In this document: positions 39,801 through 49,921 of the stretch, piece by piece | How positions within the stretch are numbered: position 1 is the first letter of the stretch | Layout of the letters: the number at the start of each line of letters is the position of its first letter | NCBI GenBank assembly: GCA_964188305.1 | Contig: OZ076895.1 | Strand: one strand, 5' to 3' | Origin: Podarcis bocagei | Taxonomy: Eukaryota | Length of the DNA: 64,000 nucleotides | The notes under the pieces: generated by a model | Database searches by the model: none | Seen by the model: only the letters and a program-made list of their open reading frames with translations | What the model was told of the DNA's origin: nothing | Made by a program: the position numbers and the translations under genes

Positions 39801-42800
39801 CCTCAGGTTACCTACGCTTCAGGTTACATACGCTTTAGGTTACAGTCTCCGCTAACCCAGAAATAGTACCTCAGGTTAAGAACTTTGCTTCAGGATGAGA
39901 ACAGAAATTGCGCAGCGGCCGCGCGGTGGCGGGGGGAGGCCCCATTAGTTAAAGTGGTGCTTCAGGTTAAGAACAGTTTCAGGTTAAGAATGGACCTCCA
40001 GAACGAATTAAGTTCTTAACCCGAGGTACCACTGTACTCTGTTACAATGAATGTAGGACAAATACTTCCCAGGACTGAGAGTAAGGTTTATTCTTCCTGG
40101 CGTAACTGGATCTCTTCTCCATGACTCTCCCTGGTTACTAATGAGCACTTATTCCATTGGGCACTATATGCCTGTATCCAGTAAGTAGTGTATACCTGCT
40201 CTTCCAGAAGCAAATAAATAAATAAATAAATAAATGAGTGCATTGGACTCACCTGAAGGGTATTTTTACATACTAGCATCTTGGATTCCTGTCCAAGAAG
40301 CAAGCAAGCAAGCAAGCAAAATATCTCTGTAACTTCTAAATTTGTCCAGCAGAGGGCCCCTGTCCACCTACGTCTAGACTAATCTAATCTATAAAATGAG
40401 ATTTCCCTTCCATTTTAATCTGTTGCAACTACTTCCTATTTGTGAATTACATCAGTTACTGAACCACTACAGTTGACTCCTCCTCAATTTCAACCCAGTG
40501 AGGAAGGAGGTCTCATAAAATATATGGTTTTCCAGGGTTATCATGCATGTTTGTGCAAACTGGGGAGCACGAGTTAAAAAAAAGAAAAATTACGTGAAAA
40601 CAATTGTCACAAGCTGCAGAGCCGAAGCTAAATTTATAGAATCCTAGCCTATCTGCTGGAGCTTGTTCCCAAGTAAGCATGCAAATAATTTTGTATAATG
40701 AATATAGCTTAGTCTTTACAAACTGACAAATACCAAGGTTAGCAAGTGTTATATTTTATAATAATCTTTGATGGTTGTTGTCAGGGCTGCTTCCAGATCC
40801 TAGCTCACAGAGGATCACGCTAGCCAGCGTTCACTTTATAAAAGTCTTTATTGAGTTACAGTTTCCAATTTCAAACTGCCGCATGCAGCCCTACGTCTTA
40901 TCAGCTAGACCGGCGAAGCTCCGTCTGAGTCCCCGCCTCCTGTACACCAACTTAATAACCTCGCCTTACCCCACCTTTTCCGCCTTCCCCTCCTTCTCTG
41001 GGTCCCTCTGCCCCCCGTGGTCTCTTCCTTCCTGGACTCTTCTGACGCTGACCCCCCGGACCCTTCTGTCTCCTTGCGGCGGGCTTTAGGACCTGGCTCC
41101 CTTTCCGGGCTGCTTACTCTGCCGCCTTCCTGTGCATTTGAACTTGGCGCGCGCGCCCAACCTCCCACTTTCCGCTTGACCGTTCCTTCGCTCCCCGATG
41201 GAGGTGTGGCCACTCCTGACTCATGCCCTCCCCCCTGCGGCGAGCCACCGGATCCCGATACCTGGCGCCCTTCCTCCCCACTGCGCTCTGTTGGGGACGT
41301 TGGCCCCGATTTCCAACTGCTGCTCTCTGAACCCCCTTTTGTCCCTTTTTCCTGGGGTGTCCCCTTAATCTCCCCCCTCGCTCTGGCCACTGGAGCTCCT
41401 TTCTGTGAATCTTCCGATTCACTGGAAAGACTCGGAGATCTCGGGTCGTCGTCATCGCTCATCTTTCCTTCGGACTCCTCCCCCTCGCTCTCTGTTTCCT
41501 CCCTTGCCCTCGCCTCTGCTCCTGAACCCCTGACAGTTGTGAATAAAATGTGTCATGAAAGAGCAGGAATATAGTGTTATCTGTCTTCTGGTTTGTGCAC
41601 AGTCTCTTCAAGTTTGGCTTACCTGAATCAATTACCTTAACTGACGAAAGGCCTATAAGAATGACCTTTTGCACTTGATTGCTTTTTCCCAATCAACTGT
41701 CAAAGTAGGCCAGTTGTTTCCCTTGGTGTTAGTTGAGAATATAGGAAGCTGCCTTTACAGAGTCAGACCACTGATGCGCCTGGCTCAGTATTCTGGCAGC
41801 AGCTCTCCAGGCTTCCAGACAGGGGTCTGTCCCAACCGAACTGAAGATACCAGGGACTGGCCCTTGGGCTTTTTGCCTGCAAAATATGCACTCTGCCACT
41901 GAGCTATGACCCTTCTTCTAGAATGCTTGGCTGCCTCTTTTTATGCAGGTAAGGAAACATTCTCCCCAAACTGTGCTACGTTAGGATAAAAGAAATCCTT
42001 GAAACTATCCCATAGAAGTGATCAACCCAAACATTATTCAAGGTACCTGTTTCAGTTTCCTCAGCTTTTACATTTCGATTAAAACACTCTCTAGAGGGCA
42101 ATATCAAAAGCTTTCAGGACTCCTTTGTTTGAGAGGGTTTCCATAAATGCAGACCTGAATCTCCCCAGGCTGCCCCACATTTGACAATCCTGCGCATATC
42201 TACTCAGAAGCAAGCCCCATCACCTGTACTCAGACAAATGGGTTACAGACCTGAAGCAGAAGGTGTCTCTTTCTGCAAGCTGGCTGAGAAACTTGCCTAG
42301 CCTGGAGCATGAAACATACAATTGGCTAAAAACAGCAAATCTTAATGAGCTGGATTACTGGCCTGCCACTAAACAAAATGAACTACCCCAGGAGCAAGAT
42401 GGCAAACGCCTAGCTGAAAACAGTTGATCTAAAAAGGTTAACGATGTCTTGCAGGTGACAAGCTAAACATTAGTTCATACTACAATACAGAAGAATGCCA
42501 GTGATGGAGCCACCCTAGCCAAGGTTTAGAAGGTGCTGGGTCTCTCCAGTGCTGAGGAAAACTGTGATATTGTATTTAGTTCTGAGCAGTCAGTTCAGCA
42601 GGTGAGCAGGATGACTCATGATGGTGTGATATGGCCTGCTAATGAATTAAAAATTGGTAACGCGGCTCCAGACAAAACTGTGTCCCATTCTCCTGTATGT
42701 CTCCTCAAAGGCAGCTTTTGCATTCTACTTACAGGCTGATGTTTTATGTATTTTTGACAGATGTACATTCAAGGAAAGCTGCTCTTTGCCAACTACATTT

Positions 42801-42903
42801 TCAATGGATACAGCAAATCAGTGAAAGATCTTCAAAAGCAGATTGCCCTGACAAGGAACAATTACAACAGGGGCTACTACTTACCCCCTGATTATAGACT
42901 GAG
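21479..42903 (+). CDS. C3orf20-like / FAM194-domain protein, at least 16 coding exons, about 890 aa; final exon uncertain
   Basis: Exons 21479-21523, 21614-21714, 22203-22768, 23866-23946, 24624-24723, 27248-27478, 29085-29234, 30235-30358, 31720-31851, 32713-32814, 33975-34110, 35313-35529, 36397-36495, 37795-38080, 39117-39233 and 42761-42903 join into a stop-free 2630-nt frame. Motifs PQGVLNILSSSWKDLI, ISFSLSSKLCKERGW, DGSSFIYYPSGHVAVCQ, NVLEDWMEYYRIAL, ACPVVLRR, DSFRLLKYD and MYIQGKLLFANYIFNGY...GYYLPPDY resemble C3orf20/ERICH6-family proteins as recalled. Confidence 0.85.
21614..21714 (+). CDS. C3orf20-like coding exon 2
   Basis: ttctag|LKTKQKRNMKIEPGEHFVDINLVSTDPDPHEIH|gtaata; phase fits both neighbours. 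Confidence 0.65.
22203..22768 (+). CDS. C3orf20-like coding exon 3
   Basis: Large exon within ORF 22216-22803, containing PQGVLNILSSSWKDLIEG; cag / gtaagg. Confidence 0.85.
23866..23946 (+). CDS. C3orf20-like coding exon 4
   Basis: AVPQQYSNDSPFAISFSLSSKLCKER; tag / gtatta. Confidence 0.8.
24624..24723 (+). CDS. C3orf20-like coding exon 5
   Basis: GWVFQHSDCDSKDLEWKAPYVWAVERLRMAKIE; aag / gtaata. Confidence 0.8.
26291..26541 (+). mobile_element. tRNA-derived SINE
   Basis: A-box tggtgtagtggtt, B-box-like ggttcgcgtct, tail ctcttcttcttctt; same family as 21030-21275. Confidence 0.85.
27248..27478 (+). CDS. C3orf20-like coding exon 6 (ends at U12 donor)
   Basis: TEQLSKLKESGFDKPIILRHYGD...LHYGLVDGSSFI; followed by ATATCCTTT. 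Confidence 0.85.
27479..29084 (+). other. U12-type AT-AC intron
   Basis: 5' ATATCCTTT; branch TCCTTGAC at 29066-29073; AC 3' end; splicing restores FIYYPSG. Confidence 0.9.
28666..29011 (+). mobile_element. L2/CR1-group LINE 3' end
   Basis: Degenerate QFKVLVLTFRALNGFGPVYLKE-like coding remnant ending in a (TTA)n tail. Confidence 0.7.
29085..29234 (+). CDS. C3orf20-like coding exon 7 (after U12 acceptor)
   Basis: tccttgac...ttac|YPSGHVAVCQSYSDLPCGGLYTNIFNDCPDRALVGTFTPSGHGSVCFSN|gtaaga. Confidence 0.87.
30235..30358 (+). CDS. C3orf20-like coding exon 8
   Basis: SSSIAMIFNQEGGMVTNKDGEILRQWKWPGEGKLDDPVIMQ|gtaata. Confidence 0.85.
30362..30421. repeat. (AT)n microsatellite
   Basis: About 30 units directly after the exon donor. 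Confidence 0.95.
30785..30825. repeat. (TAA)n microsatellite
   Basis: Direct reading. Confidence 0.9.
31720..31851 (+). CDS. C3orf20-like coding exon 9
   Basis: VNKCITVKVAGRFAVGLLYKWRHESVRLSLSPVRGVAGPQLENL; tag / gtatgg. Confidence 0.83.
32713..32814 (+). CDS. C3orf20-like coding exon 10
   Basis: Strong polypyrimidine tract and tag; SKIFTEVNLPSASVKGFSKTHGKTEDTKKSLKKE|gtaagc; phase 0-0. Confidence 0.7.
33975..34110 (+). CDS. C3orf20-like coding exon 11
   Basis: ERIPRISEGDLSHVKDYNPTRELKALRCKIKNVLEDWMEYYRIAL|gtcagt; acceptor is weak. Confidence 0.8.
35313..35529 (+). CDS. C3orf20-like coding exon 12
   Basis: ISSPHTHRTSAFPRIAGRR...VSPGSY|gtaaaa; phase 1-2 fits. Confidence 0.7.
36397..36495 (+). 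CDS. C3orf20-like coding exon 13
   Basis: ttgcag|DPHLLSSIFRTNKPPMAHLNVNNDTLQTSHKA|gtaagt; phase 2-2. Confidence 0.65.
37309..37470 (+). mobile_element. L2/CR1-group reverse transcriptase fragment
   Basis: GKEIERVVAEQLQACLEDADHLGPFHSGFRPHHGTKTALVVLVDDL resembles the RT motif LDPFQSGFRPxHxTETAL. Confidence 0.75.
37795..38080 (+). CDS. C3orf20-like coding exon 14
   Basis: EKASTASHSACPVVLRRTMLGDEVRICRCSNHQIPYVTDLEYD...LYERKNKNRSMPCTQ|gtaggg. Confidence 0.88.
39117..39233 (+). CDS. C3orf20-like coding exon 15
   Basis: GRLDSFRLLKYDLGSADEFTGHCGSLLVKRHNIAPGMFL; tag / gtaggt. Confidence 0.88.
39793..40034. mobile_element. Tc1/mariner (Tigger-like) MITE
   Basis: TIRs cagtggtacctc / gaggtaccactg, TA on both sides. 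Confidence 0.85.
40779..41535 (-). mobile_element. Solo LTR (757 bp), probably Gypsy-like, young
   Basis: tgtcaggg...ccctgaca termini; 5-bp TSD gttgt at 40774-40778 and 41536-41540; AATAAA on minus strand at 40847-40852; CpG-rich. Confidence 0.85.
42761..42903 (+). CDS. C3orf20-like coding exon 16
   Basis: gacag|MYIQGKLLFANYIFNGYSKSVKDLQKQIALTRNNYNRGYYLPPDYRL|gtattt. Confidence 0.88.
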
Positions 42904-43356
42904 GTATTTTACTCTGTGTAGACATACCTGTGATACATGGCTTTAAATGTGGTTTGTTGCAGCCCATCATAATAGATAATTTGGTAGATCATATTATGAC
43001 ATTTTCACAGAGCGGAGGAAGTTTGAAGTTGTTTCGGTTTTTTCTGGTGTTAGGATTCAAAGTTTTAATTAATAGGTTAAAAATCCACAGTAGTTGTTTA
43101 ATTGGTGTGTGTGTGTGGAGCTAAAATACAGCACACCAATTAAAATTTAAGGGCACATGGTTTTAAAGGCTACTTTAGTATTAATGAGCTATGTAATATT
43201 CTTGAGATCTTCCATGTGCTGTCAGGTGAGATGCTCCTAGTCAGGCAAGCTAACCCCCAAAATCATTGCCAAAGAAATGGGTAAAACTTAGCCCTGCGTC
43301 TTAGCCCTGTATTGATTCAGCTTTTTCTTATACGACCTTGCACCCTGCTTACACAG

Positions 43357-43405
43357 TGTGGATGGCCATTGCCCGAAGCTCAGCTCCATCCATGTTCCCA
43401 TCTAA
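43357..43405 (+). CDS. Candidate terminal coding exon of the C3orf20-like gene
   Basis: Pyrimidine-rich tract and acacag|, in phase, giving (S)VDGHCPKLSSIHVPI*; an alternative in-phase acceptor lies at about 47356. Confidence 0.35.
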
Positions 43406-45546
43406 CCTTGTCTATGGGGCTAAAACAGCAAATTATTTGAAGAATTGTTGTGACAAAGCAACACAGCAGAGAGAGTGGGTGAGGAGGGCAGTATAGCTTT
43501 TAATGAGAGAAAGGAGAAATTCAGAAAGTTATATAAAAGTACAGTTTATATAAGTCAAGCATCAGAAGAATTAACAGAGAAGTTCAGAAACAGGAAATAA
43601 TGTTTTATTACATAAAGTACTTATTCAAAAGTTACAATCTCCTATGTACATTCTTGTTAGTTTAGGAAACAGGTATGATTCCCTACACAGGAAAGAATGA
43701 CAATCCAGCTGGTAGGGTTGCTCTTTCTCATGAAATACTTGCATTTGTCTGTGTACACTTTGAGAGAGTATCAAACAAATATTCAAAACAAAGGCAGCAG
43801 AAATCTGGAAAGGGCTTCTTTAACAAACAAGCTTATCAGCATCAAATTAAGCTAATATAAATGATTAGAAGAACTTGAAAAAAACAGACCTTTAGTTCTA
43901 GGAAACCTATATCACATAACTAAGCAATTGTCAATCTCAGCACAATATAAATTCACTTCCTGAAAACAGTTTGCCTCAGCTGCAGCATCTCTTTTCTGCT
44001 TTCTGGCTGAAAAACCAAGTTCCCTCTCGGTATAAATGAATTCCATTCCAAAGCAGCAGCAGTGAGGTAGAGATGGGACATCACCTCATATATTGATGAG
44101 AAATCTCTCAGCTGAATGTACAAGCTTAACCTTAAGGTAAAGTCGCAGAGGGAATTGACTTTCCCACTGTGATCACAGGCTGCCACAGTGGCAAGGACAG
44201 AGGCTGAGGCTACATACAGACAATTTTTCAGAAACTTGATGGCATTTTAAAGCCGCCATTAATCTGCAGAAGTGCACATAGCCTGCAATACAGAGCTTAG
44301 GAGAAAAGCTACCAACTTGGCCTCTCCTCTGCACTAACCTGTGGCCCTCCAAATGTTGTTGGACTACAACTCCCATTCTCGCCAATGGTCAGCAATATCT
44401 GAGGCCACACTTCAACTATCCCTGTTTTAATGGCATGCAAAGGGTGACTGGGATTTATCCAGAATGAAGCCCTCCTTTTTGTGTCCAGTATTCTCTTCCA
44501 GCCTCCTCAAGTGCTGCCTGCTTCCCTCTACTGGTCTCTGGCTAGCAACTTTTTCATTTGGTGTGACAAGAAGCTCTCTCTGCAGAGGTTGTGTTGGACT
44601 GCTGCAGAGTCATTAAGATCTTATCCGAATCATTAAGGGTTTCCCACAGAGCTACTGCATGAGGAAAAATAATACATACTGTGCCTTACTTCAGTCAGCA
44701 GGTATAAAGACAGGACCGACCCACATTCATTAGTGAAGTGCCTGAACAGTGAGCCAGCACTGTGCATTGCATAACTAGCTGTTGCCAATATCATTTAGCA
44801 AGAAATTCATCTTCAGTAGAAAGTCAAGTTATAAACAACCATTTATATAAATAGACAAAAACTGCAGTGCTGATGAAGCAGATATTTGCCCCTCTCACCT
44901 ATTTTACTGCAAACTGGAGAACTATGTATTTGCATGATGAAGAGCAGGTTTTTTTTAAAACACAGACAATGAGTTTTGGATTCTAGAGAAGAAGGAACAA
45001 ATCTAAGTATGAACCAAGATATGTCAAGTAATGGTTGATTAAGAGGAGTAAAAGACACCAAAGATATGGAACAACATTCAAGAGAAAGTGAAAACCTTTG
45101 GATTGCTTAATCTTAAAATACCCTTTCTGGGCTTCACAGCCACACTGAATGTTGCAAATGATTCAGTGAAAGTGTGAATTTAATTCAACTAATTTGGTAT
45201 CAGAAACAAAGGGCGAGACTCACCTATCACATCCTGCCACATCTCCCCCTGCACCCACCCATAACTGGCTCTGGGGTGAGGTGGGAGTACCCTCAAAACA
45301 ACACATGGGGGGAGGGGCTATTGTTCCATCTGGAAAACTGCAGTGCTTGCACAGATGGAATATTTGTAATAGGATGTTTAATTTCACTCAATGTTCTAAT
45401 ACTTATTTTGGTTATAGTAAACTTTAAAGCAAAACGTAAGCACTTATAAAGTGGTTTGCACTAGTTTAAAAGTAAAACAAAATGTCAGCTCCACATGTGG
45501 TTTACCCCCCATCCCAGCCCCAATCTATAATTCAAGTATAATCACA

Positions 45547-46127
45547 TGTCAGGAGCCAGAGTCAGGCATTAAAAACAACAATGTTAGTGAAGTTAACTCT
45601 TTATTCAAAGAAACCAAAACAGCATCTCTTCCCAGTAGGTCTTGCCCCCATTGAGGCAGCTGCAAGGACTGAAGGTCCCTGCTTTCCCACCGCTCTCTAA
45701 AGCTCCTCCTCTCCAGGATCTTTCCCAAACAGTTACAAACTGCGTCTGCATACATCTCTGCTCTGCTCTTTTCATTTCTCTGAGTTTTCTAGGAGACCGG
45801 GGGGAGGGGGGAGGGGGGAGGAGCTGGTCACAGCAGGATGGGGAGACCTCCTAGGTTCTTCAGCAGCCTGTCTCAACTCTGCCTCTTGGCCAACCTCCTC
45901 TCCAGCCTCAGAGTCTGAACTGCTCTCTGCCAAAGCCTCTTCCTGCTCACCCTGTTGTTACCTCTTCTGCTTCTGACACCTCCTCTTCCCAGTCTGCTCC
46001 CTGTTACCACTCATTGTCATCCCACCACCAGTCCCCTGGCTCTGAGTCTTCTTCCCCTGGGGGTTCCCTTGGGAATTACCTAGCTGGTGCCTCCCACCAC
46101 TCCTCTGCATCCAGCCAGACCGTGACA
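45547..46127 (-). mobile_element. Solo LTR (581 bp), probably Gypsy-like
   Basis: tgtca...tgaca termini; 5-bp TSD tcaca at 45542-45546 and 46128-46132; AATAAA on minus strand at 45600-45605. Confidence 0.8.
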
Positions 46128-49100
46128 TCACACAAGCCTCCTCTTCAGTGAGATAACTAAGTGCTCAAAGCACTTCACTTACATTAAGTATTTTGAACAC
46201 CTTTTTTATTTCCATTAATTCAAAGTATGTCTGTCGGTGGACAAGACTAAAATATGAGAGAAGCTAAAATGATCAGCAAAATAAATTAATGCCCAGGGCC
46301 CAAAAGCAAACCTACACACACACACACACACACACATTGAATTAAGGACTGCTGTTAAAAGGGAAACCAGAAACTCAGAAATACGTCCTACACTCTGGGG
46401 GTGACACCTAGGTAAGAGCGTGTAAGATTTCAGTGTGAAGGATCTAAAATGTATGCTTAAAAACCCTTGAAAGAATAGCACTTAGATTTTCTGAACTTAC
46501 AATTGTGAGAGTCCTTAACGAGAACAGAGAGGGAGACATGTTACCTGTTAGGAATCCAAATTAAAAAATAGGTGATCTGATGTACTCACCTATGGGTTTA
46601 ACTTATACAGCTAGGTTTTTTTATTATATGACTAGGTTTTAGTGAAGAATGAATAAGCAATGGAAACTTTGGACTAAGCTTGTGATTAAGTCTAGGGGGA
46701 AAAAGTAAAGTCCACTGTGTTCTGATAACCTAAAATTATAAAATACATAGTAATCAAAGTATACTGAAGTGTACCCTGATTTCTCTTATAACTCCAGTAC
46801 TTTAATTTGCTTTTTGTATTCCAGTTCTCTTGAAAACAGCCTGCAGAGTTACCCTGAACATACTCAAGCAAGGATTTCACACAATATTTCTAGTTGTATT
46901 TGCTATGCCACTGACAGGTATAGAAAAATAATTATTTTGTCTTAAACTTCACATGCTCTGATCAGAAAATGATCAGTTTCAGTTCATGTCCACCATGAGC
47001 ACCTTGGGGTTTGGATGTTTTGTCTTTTTGAGGTAACACAAATCACAGGGATTATGGAAGAGTCCAAGCTAATTATTTGCAAAGGAATGTCTTACATGAG
47101 AATCTTAAATAACGGCCAATATCTTTTTTTAAGGCTGTTGCTTTGCCCCCACTAGAAAGAAAATCTTAAGCCAAGGATAGAGTTCATAGTGTTTCAAGTG
47201 TTTGGGGCCTTCAGGGCCATTTCTTTAAAGTTCTCAGAAAATTCCAGTGTGCATACGCATGCCCATCTGGGTCACAGACTGTGTTTTAACTCTTACATAG
47301 ATTGTTGTTGAATATTTACACATTTTGCTTGGTACTTTATTTTGAAATATTCCAGGAGAGCAAGTACCCATGATTTTGTGCTATTCAGCTTATACAAAGG
47401 AGCCACCTGCACTCAGGAACAACTCACCGAATGAAGCCAGTTCCAAACTCAAATTATTATTTCCCCCTGCAAACTCACCATGAGCTGCAGAGGATCATTG
47501 TATAGGAGAAGAAGAAAAAGCCCAAGTATGGACATGACGTAGGAGAAGAAGAACCTTGGAAAAAGATATGTGAGATGGATGTTGTTTTTTGCTTTTTTCT
47601 TAAAGTCTGAAATGAAAAATGGGACTTTGGGGAGGAAACTGAATATATTTCTGTCTTTTGGGGTGATGAGTGAAATATTTTTTAAAAAACTAATTATGTT
47701 AAAATGTTAATAGTAAATTCAGGCTGCTGTACCTTTTCTAGTCCCCAGTCTAAAAAGAAATTATATTTGTGATAACAGAATTGTTACATTTATTTGACTT
47801 CACTACAGAACAAAGCAATGCACTTTGGCCTGGATTCCACTAAAGCATTGCGCTGGTGAAAGCCAGCAGAAGTCATGCTAGCACAATACGGCTTCCTCCA
47901 CTCTCATCCCATGTCCCCCAATAGTTCTGGAGGATTAGGAGACTCCCTCTGGAGCAGTGCATTAGGGGGAGGAGAGGGTAGATTGTTCCATGAGGCAAGC
48001 AGAACCGCTTGTGCTAACAAAGTGACCGTAATACCGTGATGCTGAATTCCTTGCTTTATACTTGATGTTGCAAACATACTTGTAAAACTTGCAGAACATA
48101 GAGCATCCTTAGGGTTTTGATCCAATCTGGGAATCTGCCAACCATATTGCTGCTACAACGTAATAGCAAGGCATACCTTCTATCATTTCACATTGTTCTG
48201 TGAACCGACCTGAGACCTCCAGGGTATAGGGAGCTATATAAATTCAATAAATAATAATAATACAGTTATTGTGGCTTTATTCCTTGTGTGGAAGTCAACA
48301 GCTGCCGCCGCCACCTTCCACAGTAGGGAAAATCAGCTGAAGCAGTTACTCTAATGGTGGTGGAAGTGCTGAAGCGATATACATGAAAACACTTGTAGAT
48401 CAGACTGAACATGAAACCGATAGAACAAGAATCTGAGTTACCTTTGGATGGAGCATTTTCAGAGAATATGACCCAATGGAAAACAAAGTAGAAACTAAAA
48501 TCAAAGGACACCAAGTCTCAGTTAGTCTCTGCTGCAGAAGTAAAGTTGTTTTTATCTACACAAGGTAACAGATGGAAAGAAACAGGGGAGAAGACCTGAT
48601 CAGAATCTGTTTAATTTCCCTTATCTGCAAAGGGGGGGGGGGTCACATGTGACAACTTGGGAGTGTTTGCAATACGGAAAAATTACTGCAAAAACATGAA
48701 ACAGTCAAATTATTCTCCATGGTCCAGAAGTTAAAATACAGAAGATTGTGCTGGGTTTTTGTTTTGCTTTGTAACCCTTTGCTAATAACTTATTATTATT
48801 TTAGGTTAGCATCCCAGGATACACAAGCTATGGCTTTCATTAAACAAAACAGTCCACATCTTAGGCTGTGGCCCTGATGAACCAACAGCTCAACAAATAT
48901 GCAGGTCATTAAGTGATCTAATGCAGAAAGGAGAGGACGCAAAGTGGGCAGAAAAACCCACATGGTGTTAGGTTCTTGTTAAAGAACCATTTCAAGTAGT
49001 TGCATAATTAATGTCAACATTATAATAAGCAATAAGGAAATGACAATTAGACCATTTGCTTTTACATTTTTGGAAAAAATGTCTAATAATATAAATAAAT

Positions 49101-49358
49101 AAAGATAAAATATTAAAAGAAATGCCAGTCATTTGTGGTACCTGTAAGAACCATACTATACACTTGGAGTCTAGTTGATATTTGCACATGGATATATTTC
49201 AAAAGACTAGTAAAGTCCAATTGAAGTCATGATTTTTAATGGTTATCTTCTCTTCAACATCCAATATTATCAATGCTGAATCTTTGCATGTGCTGCTGTT
49301 GTTAATCCCACTGGCCTTCCATTGTGTCCAAATAGGCAAGGCAAATTTTAGGTGGGCT

Positions 49359-49921
49359 CTATGATTCTTCATTTTTGCAGTAATTTACTTCACCTTTGTG
49401 TTTTTCAAAAAAGTCTTCCTTTTCCTGTATCTCCTCCTCCTCCTCCTCTTCATCGCCAAATGTTTGCTCTTGCATGGTTGTAAATGTCAGTGACCTGGCA
49501 GCAACCTGTGCTGCAAGTCCTGATGTGAAATTCAAATCTGCTGATATATGAAGCTCAGCCAGTCTTTGTTTGATGGAGGACTGTAACGCATCTCTCTCAG
49601 GTGGTTGCAACACATCAGCTCTGTCCACACCAGCTGACTCAGAATCTTCACCTTCTCCATTGCATTGGTAACATGTTCTTTTTTCAACTTCTGGTGAGCC
49701 ACCATTTGCAGCAATGTCGTTTTTGTTCTTACCAGATTCATCAGAGAGGTACTCCACCCTATCTTTCTCACCATCAATAGCTTGTGTTTTGAAGTCAGAA
49801 ACTGCTTCTTCCAAGCTGTCATCTCTGCTGCACACCTGCTTGCCTGATTCTGAATTTTTCGGCAATCCCAAAACATTTATTGGTTCCTCTTGCTCTGTAC
49901 CAGGCAAGGGTTTCATCGCAG
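49359..49921 (-). CDS. VEZT: VEZT last coding exon
   Basis: AAMKPL...SIKQRLAEL...[32 protein letters not shown]...KNEES*. Confidence 0.94.

Noticed and set aside
41017-41574. 185-aa plus-strand ORF
   Set aside because: Antisense shadow of the GC-rich solo LTR; no recognisable domain.
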